A stretch of 64,000 bases of DNA from Sphagnum compactum (lineage: Eukaryota), in NCBI GenBank assembly GCA_965153455.1, contig OZ234493.1, forward strand, positions 5,022,001 to 5,086,000, written 5' to 3'. Position 1 is the first letter of the stretch; each line of letters begins with the position of its first letter. The translations under genes and the position numbers were made by a program. Under the pieces are notes generated by a model that did not search any database, was not told the DNA's origin, and saw only the letters and a program-made list of their open reading frames with translations. This document shows positions 25,861-38,500 of the stretch, piece after piece.

Positions 25861-26222
25861 AACTATTATATAAGATTTTTAACACTGTTGAAATGGGTGG
25901 AAATTGTATGGTTGATGAAATTAAATATCAAAATCTTTAAATATTTGCCAAACATGTGTTGAAATGGCAAAGGTACTACAATATACATGAGACAATATAC
26001 ATGAAAGCACGTAATGATTGTTAAAAGTTTTATTATTGGTAGTGGCCTAAGTGGAAATAAATTTATGAATAGCACTAATGTATAGTCACCAAAACAAGAT
26101 CAATATACATCTCATGGAAATTGGAATCCAAACTTTCTACACGGTCTAAGTAACAACTACAAACTTCATGAATGAAAAAATCATAATTGATTTGATGCAT
26201 ATACAATTGTGATGTACTATCA

Positions 26223-27100
26223 TTAGAGTTCAAAGGCTTTAAAGCGCTTCAACAAACACTGAACTTCATCCCAACTCCATGTGCAGCAATGAATGAACTC
26301 TTATGTAAGCCCATTGAACATAATCATCTTTAAGACATGATACACATGTTTACATTGCACATACACCCCACAGTTGCCCAAATAACCTACCAACATTGTG
26401 ACAAAATAGACACATGAACATCCAAGGAAACTTCCAATAATCACATTGTATCATTTATCATCTGAAAGAATACTATAAATTTGTCCATACCTAGGTGGGG
26501 GGACATTGGTGGGGAAATAGTGCATTAGAAAAATAACTTCTTAACCTCCCAATTATTGATGTGTTGTTGTGTTAATTTGAAAATGGAAAGTCGTTTCACC
26601 TTTTTGCCACCGCAAGTTGTAGGCCAACAACTTGCATCAAACGACTTCACAAGACCATGGTAACTAATAGTAAGCACATGGGACTTGTTTGAACTAAAAG
26701 ATTGGGAACCAAATAAACTTTGAGCGTTGTTTCTACATAGGCGGTCAAATGAAAACCCTACTTCTTCTAAAGTTGTTACTTCTTTTGAATTAAGTTAGTA
26801 CCTTTTTGGATGGGCCATATAATTGGAACAACAAGCCTAACAACTGCAAATTTTCACATTCCACCACCACAACAATTGAAGTCATTAAGGAAAAAACCAA
26901 TTTTTATGGAGTTCAAATGATCTGCTATGATATTATACCCAAAAACCTAAGTAACATGGAGTAGGAGTTCCATTTACAAATTTGTAAAGGTTGATCCTCG
27001 CTTTGCATTTGAGCCCAATGGTTTTCTGGAGTGTAGAACATTGAATTGTAGAGTTGGGTGGACAACATTCAATATGCCACTGGCCATCAACACAAATATT
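26223..27100 (-). pseudogene. Decayed SWIM zinc-finger protein gene (transposon-borne)
   Basis: Minus strand 26460-26223 reads DK*YNVIIGSFLGCSCVYFVTMLVGYLGNCGVYVQCKHVYHVL..*EFIHCCTWSWDEVQCLLKR, i.e. YxVxI..CxC-x19-CxH (SWIM). Further Cys/Trp-rich fragments (WHIECCP, CKARI) lie upstream to ~27100. Confidence 0.7.
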
Positions 27101-27876
27101 TTTCTTCAACTTTAGGCCACCTCAAGATACCAAAGGTAGAAAATTACTAGGACTAGAAGGCAGTTGCTGCATGCATACATCCTTTACATTATTAGGCACA
27201 ACAACAAGAACAATTACTCATGGACGAGAGAAATTCACAAGATCGGGACAATGGGAATCAATGTATGCACCAATAGGATAATCAGTAGGTCGTTTGGAAG
27301 ACCCAAAAACCTCTTATCCATCGAAGTGCAATAGGTGATTTATGAAGGAAGACTCGGACGTGTAATTTGCAACAATTATCACAAATCTAGTAGGATCATT
27401 TGACCCACAAGCCCTCCTCAATAATAATTCATTACTATTAAGACCATGACCAGGTGGACCGCCTTGCAAATATTGACTATACAATGTAGACTATTTAGTT
27501 ATTAGATGTTGTTGCATACAAACAAATGCCATATTTTTTCGACTTTTACAACTAGATGTTATGGATAGTTTCGGCCAAATTGCAAGTGGCCATGTCGGCC
27601 CATTCTTCATCACTGAACTTCTATAGATCAAAAGAAATTAAAGATCAACAAAATTAAAAATCTCACAACAGATATGGAGGCAAAGATGGAAATAAAGTGC
27701 AAATGGAGCTCAACTACAAATGGATTTCCAATTTTGAATTTATAGAAGAGAGAAGGAGTCATAGGAAGTTTGTAGGTGAAATGTTCACATGGACCATGAA
27801 ACCTCCCCATTGCTTAACACAAAAATGCCAAAAATTTAGCCAATTTGTAAACTCAAGGACACTTGCCTTAGAAGCA

Positions 27877-28130
27877 CACAATGGAGAAAATGGGCCTTTT
27901 GCAACTAGCCTTGCAATTGGGTTCTAGTTGCATAGGTCATTTGCAACTAGGCGTATTTTGTAGCCCCCTAGTTCTAACAAACAAGTTGCATGAGTCACAT
28001 CAGACAAATTACATTGTACATTAGATTGTATATAAAGGCGATACGTGTGTAACTCCATGCAACTATTTGTGATTAAAAAACAATTACATGCCACATGGGA
28101 TTTCCCGCCAAATTTTTTTGACATTCAGAT
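27877..28130. mobile_element. Fragment of a CACTA-type terminus (CACAATG..)
   Basis: Resembles the reverse complement of the right end of the 21337-23278 element (CACTATG..TTTTG.AA.T.GCCTTG..GTTG..G.CATTTGCAA..ACAAGTTGCATGAG). Confidence 0.5.
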
Positions 28131-30596
28131 GAAATTTATACCCATTCTTCATCCATCCACTCATTCAATAAAGATAGTGGGTCTGAAGTTCTGAGCATAT
28201 CTATTGGGTTTTTTGGGTCTTCAAAAGACCCAAGTACATAAAACTTTTGCAGGCAGCATGCACTGGTCTGCTTGGGTATTCAGCACCCTCTTCCATGCTG
28301 TGGGAGACCCAGTGCCTGTTTCTGCATTGAACCATGGCTCCCTTCAAAATACGGTACAATAGTGTTTGGGTTATGTTTTTTTTTAAAAATTGAGGCTGGG
28401 CATGGTCAATCTATGACACCTTTCAACAACTCCTAATTGTCGGACTTTTTGCTCCTCCCAAGCTCTTGTTGCTCAATGCTCAAGAAACCCCCCCCCCCAA
28501 AAACCAAAAAAACAAGGCCTATACATAAGTTCCTAAATGTATTTATCAACTAGGGTAACCAATTGTGGGGCCAAGGCTTGCATTTTGCAAACTTATTTGA
28601 CATCACATCACTTTGTGGGTTTGATTTTAGGATTGTCTCAAGTGTTTGCCACTTATGGAACAACCTTAGTAGGTATTGTAGTAACATCCAATATACAGGT
28701 TGTACATTAGTAATGTACAACCATGGGCCAATAATTATGAAACACAGTGAAAAGTGAGTTTAATTCTCTAGAAAATGCTTGCCAACCCATCAAAAACTAA
28801 GGAAAAAGCCTTGTTTTAGAAGCCTAATTTTCTTCCTCAACAATATCCTTCCAATTCTCCATTCCTTAATGTTTATCATTGTTTTGTTTTGTCTATGTCC
28901 ACATGAATTGCTCAAGATCTAGAATTTTAATATCTTTTTTCATAAGTGTAGTTATGTCCAAAATTGCTCGTCTTCTTTTTCCTAGAGCTTCCGATTCATG
29001 CCTCTCCATCTCCATCGCCCTTCGTTGTGCTTCTACCATCACTTGCACTTTTGTGGTTTGTTAACTTCCACCTACACTTATGTGGATGTTTGTACTTTCG
29101 CTTCAACAATGTTCTCCTCCCCTGCATCCTTTTGCATTGCATGTGCTTCCACAACTTTGTTTTCCTCAGATTCTTCAATAAAACACTAGATCTACTTATG
29201 TAGCTCTTGGTCCTATCTCGTCTCTTGCACGCTAACTTCTTCTGCTTCTGCGTAAAATCTCAACTACATATGTTCTAATTCTATATAAATTGTGAATTAT
29301 CGTTTACGCAAATTGCATCTTCTCATTGTACGTTTTTCCTTCTACACATTTCAAAAATGATGATGAATGTGGTGGCAACCTCACAACCAATATCTAAATA
29401 CTCGACATGCGTTCTCTTTCTGCTTTCTTTAACTACTTTTCTACTTCTCTTCTTTTCAAATTTTGCTTTTTCCTCCTGCCTTATTTTGTGCTCAATCCTT
29501 TGCGCTTCCCTTTCCTTTACTATTCTCTATAATTTTTCAATCGCATTATTTGCACTCATGTTGTTATGAATTCCAAAACTTCGAAAACGCGCACAACTTC
29601 CAACAATAAATGCAAATTGCTTTCGACAGTTACTCCGTTTTTTCTTCCTTAAACTTCCTGCCCGTCACATTCATTTTTTTATTTTCTCGCCATCTTTTAA
29701 TGAACGCATGGCCCATCACTAAAAGTTTATGTGTCCCTTATATAGCCACATGGAAGCATTTCACGTCATCATTACGAATGAATGCCCCAAATTTCATCTT
29801 TCGATTACTCCACATCTGTAATTTCCTTACATTAGCTATACAGACTCCACCTTGTTTGCCATGTACACCTTCTATTGACTGTGCCCAACTATCTACTAAT
29901 TATGTCAACTCATTTGCTGATTGTGATAATACATATGCTGGCTATATCGATTTTTATGTTGATTGTGTAAACAAATGTGATGATTATGTGAATATTCTTG
30001 ATGAATAGGCGAATATTTCTATTGATTCAATCAATACCCATGACAGATCATTTTTAGATTCCTACATCCCAAATCCCTCATTTTTGTAATTATTACTTAC
30101 AAACTTGTTATTCATCTATAAATCAAAAATTAATATTGTGTTGACCGCAAAATCTTGCAATTGTTCTTCATTTTTTGTATTCTACATCTGAGGTTTTTAA
30201 ATTTCACAATTTTCATCTTCTTCCTTCGTATCAAAATTCTTGGACCCCATCAAAATTCCCAGGCTTAGCGGGCTTGAATCCCACACCTTTCGATGATCCT
30301 CCTTTGAGGGCCGTAACCAACTCAGTGAAATATGGCCTATTCATTTTAAGTAAAACCTCCAATTATTCTGGAGTGAAAAGGATTGTGGTTAGCTGTTCAT
30401 CTTCATTTTCATGATCATCACGATTTTCATGGACTTCTTGTTCTTCAGAATCCTCTTGTTCCTCCTCCCTAATGGCCTTGAATGGAACATCTAGGTCCTG
30501 GGTGGGTTCTTCCACCATGGTCTCATGTACTAGCTTACGCCAGATCCTCTTCGGTGCCATAAAAACTCCCCAATAGGTGGATCGAGCTTTACCAAA

Positions 30597-30608
30597 GCTT
30601 TGATACCA
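30597..30608 (-). promoter_or_regulatory. Primer-binding site complementary to initiator tRNA-Met
   Basis: TGGTATCAAAGC has one mismatch to the canonical TGGTATCAGAGC and directly abuts the LTR CA end. Confidence 0.85.
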
Positions 30609-30721
30609 TGTGACGCACCCCTAAATTCCTTGATATACTCAACTGCGAGTCCAAAGGTGAAAACAATGAAAGGATAAGGAGTTGGGGTACGCTCCCTCGT
30701 TTGTAGTACTTCACGGGTAGA

Positions 30722-33700
30722 CACTAGTAGAAATCAGCCAAAATGTAACCACTCCATTTACGACTACATGTAATTTGTAGTTGTTTGCGACTAAATTTGG
30801 GAACATTTGCAACTACAGGACCATATTTCAACTATTTTGGTCATTCTCACAACTATGATGCAACTATTAGAAATTTCATCCTACTGGTTCGATCAATTCT
30901 ACATTTATTTTCATCCATTAATAGGTTGATATGTTTCATTAGTCGCAATAGTCATCAAATTAGTTACATCCTAAAGGTATTCTACAATGACATAGGGGTG
31001 TATATATATATATAATATATATATGCATATGTATGTATATTCTTCATATAATGAATCTCAAAATTAATATTTGAACTTTGAATTTTTTATTCATTTGAAA
31101 ATTGATATTTCAATTTTGAAAACTATTATTTTAATTTTTCAAAAATATACTAGAATTTGAAACTTGATATTTGGATCTGAAAATTATTATTTCAATTGTT
31201 TAAAACATTATTTGAATTTCAAATTTTTGATTTGAATATGATATTTTAAATTTAAACTCAAAAAGGCTTATTTGATCTAAAAATTGATATTTGAATTCTA
31301 AATTAATATTTTTAATCCAAAAATTAGTATTTCAATCCACAAAATTATTAGTTGATTATACAAATGCAAATTTTAATTTTGAATTTTTTTTATGAATCTG
31401 AAAATTTATATTTCAACTCTGAAAATTATGAATTTAAGTTTTAAATAATTATTTGATTTGAAACTGAAATTTCAATTCCAAATTATTATTTTGGATTCTC
31501 AAAATAAATACTTCAAGTCTAAAACAATATTAATTGAATCTGAAAATTGACATTTCAATTCTGGAAATTGTAATTTAAATTCAAAAAAGTTATTTGATCT
31601 AAAAATAAATATTTGGATTCTAAATTACTATTTTCAAATCTAAAAATTAGTATTTCCATTCGAAAAACTTTATTGAGTCTAAAAATTGACATTTTGATTT
31701 AAAATATTTTTATTTGGACATGAAATTTCATATTTGAATTCTGAAGTTTATAATTTAAATTTTAAGAAATTATTTGACTTGAAAGTTGAAATTCGAATTC
31801 CAAAATATTATTTTGGATTTTCGAAATTGATATTCAATTCAGAAAATTGTTAATTGAGTCTTAAAATGGACATTTCAATTTTGAAATATTTTTATTTGAA
31901 TCTGAAAATTGACATTTCAATTTTGGAAATTGTTATTTAAAGTCAAAAAAGTTATTTGATCTGAAAATTGACATTTGAATTCTAAATTATTATTTTCAAA
32001 TCTAAAAATTAGTATTTCCATTCAAAAAACTTTATTGAGTCTAAAAATTGAATTTTTGATTTAAAATATTTTTATTTGGACTGGAAATTGGATATTTCAT
32101 TTCTGAAATTCATAATTTAAATTTTAAGAAATTATTTGACTTGAAAGTTGAAATTTGAATTCCAAATTATTATTTTGGATTCTCGAAATTAATATTTCAA
32201 TTCAGAAAATTGTTAATTGAGTCTTAAAAGGACATTTCAATTTTGAATATTTTTATTTGATATAAAAATTGATATTTGAATTCTAATTTATTATTTTTGA
32301 ATCTAAAAATTATTATTTCAATTCAAAAAACTTTATTGAGTCTAAGAACTGACATTTTGATTTAAAATATTCTTATTTGGACTTGTAATTTGATATTTCA
32401 ATTCTAAAGTTTAAAATTTAAATTTTAAGAAATTATTTGACTTGAAAGTTGAAATTTGATATTTCAATTCTAAAGTTTAAAATTTGAATTTTGAGAAATT
32501 ATTCGACTTGAAAGTTGAAATTTGAATTCCAAATTATTATTTTGGATTTTCAAAATTAATGTTTCAATTCAGAAAATTGTTAATCGAGTCTTAAAATGGA
32601 CATTTCAATTTTGAATATTGTTATTTGAATCTGAAAATTGATATTTAAATTCTAGAAGTTTTATATAAATTCAAAAACGTTATTTGATATAAAAATTGAT
32701 ATTTGAATTCTAGATTATTATTTTCGAATCTAAAAATTATTATTTCAATTCAAAACAAATTATTGAGTCTAAAAACATACATTTTGATTTTAAATATTTT
32801 TATTTGGACTTGAAATTTGATATTTCAATTCTAAAGTTTAAAATTTAAATTTGAAGAAATTATTTGACTTGAAGGTTGAAATTTGAATTCCAAATTATAA
32901 TTTTGGATTTTCGAAATTAATTCTTCAATTCAGAAAATTGTTAATTGAATCTTAAAATGGACATTTTAATTTTAAATATTATAATTTGAATCTGAAAATT
33001 GAAATTCCAATTCTGACATTCGTTACTTAACTTCAAAAAACTTATTTGAGCTAAAAATTGATATTTGAATTCTGAATTGTTATACTGGAATCTTAAATGT
33101 ATATTTTATTTCAAAAAATTATTGATTGAGTTTTAAGGGTTTTTTCTACTAGTGTCATCCATAATAAATCACTTTTATAAATAATTATAAATGGTTATGT
33201 TTATTATCTATGTTACATTAAATAATAATAATAATAATAATAAATATTTTTATGTTATATATTTTATATTAGAATAAATTAATTAATATAATTAATGTGA
33301 CATTATTTTAAAATCAATGAAATTATTTCAGATAATAATTAATTAGTATGTGCATAATTATTTTCTAATTAAACATTTATTCACTTTTTGTAATTTATAA
33401 CTTCAAACTTGAATTTAAAATGTGGAAAAATTATAGTGTAATTAAAATAATATTTTATTGATTTTAATTCCACAAATTATTGTATAATATTTATTTTTTT
33501 TAATTATGTGATTAATCATCTACGATTAATATTTTATAGTAATTTTATATTAATTATGAAAAGTAGTGTTATGTTTAACAAATTATTGTATTTATAGTTA
33601 ACAATTACCAAGAGAAAAAAATTTCTTGACCTAATTTTTGCAACAATAAGTTGTAATGTAATTAGTTGAACAATAATTTTTCAAAACTTCGTTACTTTCT

Positions 33701-34893
33701 AATAGCAATTGTTAAATCATTACTTATAATTTTAACATAAATATTTAAAATATTTTTACATTAATTATATTATATATAATTAGATCAGATTTTAAAAGTA
33801 TAAAATATTTTAGTTATTTAATTATTTATGAGTTATGTATTAATAACTTGTGTGAGTAGTAACTAGATAGCTAGTTTGTTAAATATTAATAAGTTATTAC
33901 TTATTTAAGTAATTGATATTGAATATTGAATATTTGTAGTGTATAATTTATAATTTAAATATATGCAAATTTAATCATTATTAATTAAAATTATCTAGTC
34001 ATCTAGTATTTGAATTGTTTAGAAATCTAATAACTAATAAAGTAAGGCATGAAAAAAGTTTTGGATTTACAACTTAGTTTGTGAGGAAGTTGTAAGTTCA
34101 AAACTTATCCCATATTGTTTGTTCTTCAATCCTATTTTGAACACTATATAAACAAGGGGGTGTGGTCATTTAATTTCACATTAAGAAATTTGTGCACATG
34201 GGATGAGCTAATCAAAAAACTCAACTCAAAACAAAAAAAACAAATTATGCAAATTTCTAAAATATTTACCTTCCCAACCTATTTATATACCTAGCTAGGT
34301 AGGTATCTAGTTTGACCTACCCACCTAGGTTGACCTATGTACCTACCTATATGAATAGGTATTTAACCTAGGAACGTAAAACCTACCTACCTATTTTAAA
34401 AGCTAAATAGGTAGGTTGGTTTGTAGCCTAGGTTTGTAGGCACCTATTTATGTACCTACCTAGGTACCTACCAACCTAATATTAATATTTTTATTAAATT
34501 TTTTAATGCCACATGGCATATTTACATTGGGCCACGTGTCATAATATAAGATCATCCAAATATTTGGATTAAACATCTTAGATTATTTCAAAATTATTAT
34601 TATTATAAAATTTTAAATAATTAAATATTAAGACACATGGCAACACATCATTTGTCCTCAATTGTGACAAAAATAGTTGCATCTTAGTCACATGTGACAA
34701 TACGTATACAATGGAGTCAAAGGATGAAATGTATTTGTTGATTTTTTTTTTTATTATACCCTTTGTCATGTGTAATTAATTTATCACATGCTACTTGTCT
34801 TAGGCGACTAAGGGGATTTTAGTTGCAAAATGTCTTTTGCGACTAAAATTTAGTCACAAAGACTAGTTGAAAATACATGTTTTTCTTCTAGTG
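30722..34893. mobile_element. Non-autonomous CACTA element (4.17 kb) inserted into the LTR, 3-bp TSD AGA
   Basis: Termini CACTAGTAGAAA...TTTCTTCTAGTG with AGA at 30719-30721 and 34894-34896. The empty site GGTAGA(A/G)GGGCGTG is seen in the solo LTR at ~52430. GCRACTA subterminal motifs. Confidence 0.92.
31050..33130 (+). repeat. AT-rich satellite: ~181-bp monomers alternating as a ~362-bp dimer, built from ~20-bp sub-repeats
   Basis: The TTATTTGA landmark recurs at about 31590, 31770, 31952 and 32132, alternating GATCT.. and GACTTGAAAG.. variants; sub-repeat GAAAATTGATATTTCAATTCT. Confidence 0.88.
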
Positions 34894-35570
34894 AGAGGGG
34901 CGTGCTTGAACTTCAGGATGGGGATTGAGACGAATGACAAGCGGGTTCATTATTCACACGGACCTGCACAAACTAAACAACAAGTTGGTTTGTGTGTTAT
35001 AGTATTATCTATGTTTGGCGACGAGGCTTGCACCTAAATGTCATTTTGTCCTGGGACTGCCAAGTTGGAGTCTTGAAATTCCCGAAATTGGGACTCTTGC
35101 GATTTTGGAAGCCCATAACTTCTTATGAAAACCTCTAATTGAGGTGAGGTCTAAAGCAAAGTTGTAGCTCGTGTTGAGAGCTTCCCAAGAGTATGTGGCA
35201 CTCTACCTTAACGTAAGTAAGTCAGGGCAATTCTTGACTTTTAGTGGTCGGGAGTCAAATTGGCACTTTGACTCCTTGCCATTTTTTGGGCCATAACTTA
35301 TGTTTGAAGTACCCAAATGGGTCATGCAAGCCCATTTCAGACTCTACGTTCCAAGATCTTTTCAATGGTATAAAAAACTTTTCAATCCAATGAAATTGGC
35401 CCTTGCAATTGCCTTTTGAAGATTCAAAAGTCCATCGGGATTCCAACTTCCAAAGTGGGAGCTCACTCCTACGCTCCCGAGAATATAAAATGTGACTCCC
35501 GGGCTTCATTCTTGGCACGCACCTTTGCAAGCCCTTGCCTTGGTTGCAGCCCAAGGCTAGGGTTGTGACA

Positions 35571-38500
35571 AAAATTCTCACCTAAACTTGACTTGCACTA
35601 TGTTTCCAATATACTGACATCTATTGTTCTTGTTGTTGAACTTCAAATTCCATGTACTTATAAGGTTTGAACTTATTCACATTGACTAGTAAATTTCCTT
35701 AGGTGTGACTTATTGCCCTTTGGAAACCACATAACATAATCACCAAAATTGAATTGTTTTTCTAGATTCTTTTGTTAACTCCATAATGCTCTATTCCATT
35801 GTTGAATTTCTATAGTTTTTGCAACATGCATTCTAGCTTCCTATAACTTTTCTAGGTCTGTAATTCTACTAGTTAAATCTCTCACTGAAGGATTGTCTTT
35901 TTCATTTCCACCAACAATGGCACTATGTATTTTGTGGGCATCAATGGATGTAATCCATACACTAGTTAATATGGTGTATACCCTGTTGCTACTTTATATG
36001 TAATTATGTACAAAAATAACATTGTAAACATATGTTCATCCCAATATGTTCTATTTTCACTAATTAACTTGGTCAAAAGTGTCCCAAATACCTTGTTAGT
36101 AAACTCAACCTACCCATTCCCCTTGGGATAATAGTTTGTAGAACTCACATATTTCCATAAAAAATGATTTGTCAAATACTCGATGGCATCATTAATGAAA
36201 TGAACTCCCTGATCTGTGATTATAGTCAAAAGACATCCAAACCTAGTTAATATGACTTATACAAAAAATTTCTTATGACTATTGTAGTATTAGTTTTCAA
36301 TGCTCTTGCTTCCACCCACTCACTAGCATAATCTGTGGCTATAAGAATATATTTGTTTCCTATATATCTTCTTGCTAGCTTAATTGGTCCCACAAAATAA
36401 AGTCCCCATTTCATAAATGGTTCCTCTGGAAGACTGGTGACCAGCTTTGCAAGACTTTGAGTTGCTGATCCTCCTATTCTTCATGCATCACAAGATATGT
36501 AGTAATCATGCACATCTTTATACATAGTTGGCCACCAATATCCAGCATCCAATATCTTTCTCTATGTTATTTCGGTTGTAAAATGCGCTTTTGATGGTCT
36601 TTCATGTAGTTCTTTCATCACCATCTATGTTTCTGTAGTTGTCAAATTGCAGTTTATTATCTTGGCCCCATTCTATACAATTCACCATTCTTTAGTGTGA
36701 AAGGTTTTGCTATTTTAACCAATTTCTGCTTCTATTGTAGTAATAACGTGCCTCAATTTGTCATGTTCTCAAAAATTATTTCACATCCTTTGACCATTCA
36801 GGTTCTATGTAATACAAATTTACATCTGCAGTTTGATCAGGCACACTTGCGGGTTCTACAATATATGGTAGTCTTGATAATGCATCTGCAACTACATGAG
36901 TTTTGCTTGGTTTATACATTATTGTAAAGTCATATTCTAGGAATAGTAACAACCATCTAGCTATTTTCCCTTAAACCTGTGGTTTGTTGACCAAATAAAC
37001 CAATGCCATAAAAAACAAACTTATTGCCTAACAAATAATGTTTGAATTCATGCAAAGCAAAAACCATTGTTAAAACCTCTCTTTTTCTTGTGCTATAATT
37101 CTGTTATGGTCCATTTAGAAGCCTAGAAGCATACATTATTGGTTGATCACTCTTCCCTATTACATTCTAAAACAATATGGCCCCCACAGCTAACAAGGAT
37201 GCATTTGTATGAACATGAAACTCCACCTGTTAGTTTGGTGATATCAATATCGGTGTTTCAATATACTTTTGTTTGATCAATTCCCAAGCCTTTTAACATT
37301 CTTCTATCAAAAGAAAAGTTTAGTTTTCTGGTCAATTTAATGATAGGTGCCATAATATCAACAAAGTTTTTTATAAAACATATGTAAAACTATTCCATCC
37401 CATTGAATATTTGAATTTGTTATGGATTCTTGGGTGATGGCATGTTTATTATTGCTTGTATTTTTTTTGGATATGGTAGTTCCCTTCTTTGGAAATAATA
37501 AACCCCAATATCATCCTTGAAAATACCATAAATGCACATTTGTCTAGATTCAGACTAATGCCATATTTTTTACACTTTTAAAAACATAATCTAAGCTTTT
37601 GTAGATGACTATCCATGTCACTATAAAATCATCCAAAAAATATCTTCATAAAAATATCCAAATATTCTCTAAATGTTTTGGTAACAATTTTTTTATATGT
37701 TGGAGGTCCATTTTTCACTCTAAACGACATCACCTTCCATATAAAAGCTCCCCAGTCTATAACAAATGCAGTTTTGTATCTATCCTCTAAAGCTATAGAG
37801 ATTTGATGATATCCTGAATATCCATCTAAGAAAGAATATCCTCATACCCTACTACTATGTGCAACACTTCATTTGTGAAAAGTAATGGGTATGGATCCTT
37901 ATTTGTGGTTGCATTTAGTTTTCAAAAAATCTCTACAGATTCGCAATTTGCCATTTTTCTTGGGTACTACTACTATGGGTGATAACCATGTAGCCTCCAC
38001 TACAGATTGAATAAATCCAGTTGTTAACAACTTGTTTATATATTGTTTGATTGTTGTAGCATAGTTTAGATTTAATTTGTGTCTGGCCTGATGTGCTAAT
38101 GGTATAGTAGTGTCCAACTCAATTATGTGTTGTGCCAATTTTAGTGGAATCCCTTTCAAATCTTTGTATGTCCATGTAAAAACATCTTTGAATTCCTTCA
38201 ACAGCTGCTCGAGTTCCAACACCTTGCATGTTTCTAACTATGCATTAATCTTCACCATCTATGATTCTGCATCTATTCCTAGATTGAACTTCATCAATTG
38301 TTGATCTTCAGTTAGTGTCCATCCAACTATTTACAATTTATGTGCTTTGATTTTGCTGGAGTTTCATCCATTGTGACATTCCCTAGTTGATGACTGTAGT
38401 ACATTTTCGAATACACCTATCCTCTAAAGCTACTTTTAGTTCATATGTGTTGCTAGTTATCTTCTTCTCTATGTTCTATACTTCAAATTCATGCTCTAAA

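Larger units (their letters stand above)
24580..27620. mobile_element. CACTA-terminated element interrupting the gypsy integrase; carries tandem repeats, a tRNA-like motif and a SWIM gene remnant (right end not resolved)
   Basis: CACTAC begins directly after the integrase QGTH codons at 24580, and the integrase does not resume. No matching GTAGTG end was identified. Confidence 0.55.
30235..35570 (-). mobile_element. Truncated LTR retrotransposon: 5' LTR (30609-35570, about 790 bp after removing the CACTA insert), tRNA-iMet PBS and the start of gag
   Basis: On the minus strand the LTR runs TGTCACAACCC...GGGTGCGTCACA. It is followed immediately by TGGTATCAAAGC (30608-30597) and an ORF MAPKR..FKPAKPGNFDG (from 30560). 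The LTR is homologous to 51626-52542. Confidence 0.88.

Noticed and set aside
28800-30230. Genes in short Lys/Arg/Glu-rich ORFs
   Set aside because: No identifiable family and many stops; likely a decayed repeat that I cannot classify.
35255-35581. ORFs within LTRs (also the 5' part of 51443-51838)
   Set aside because: They lie in LTR sequence and have no domain signature; incidental open frames.
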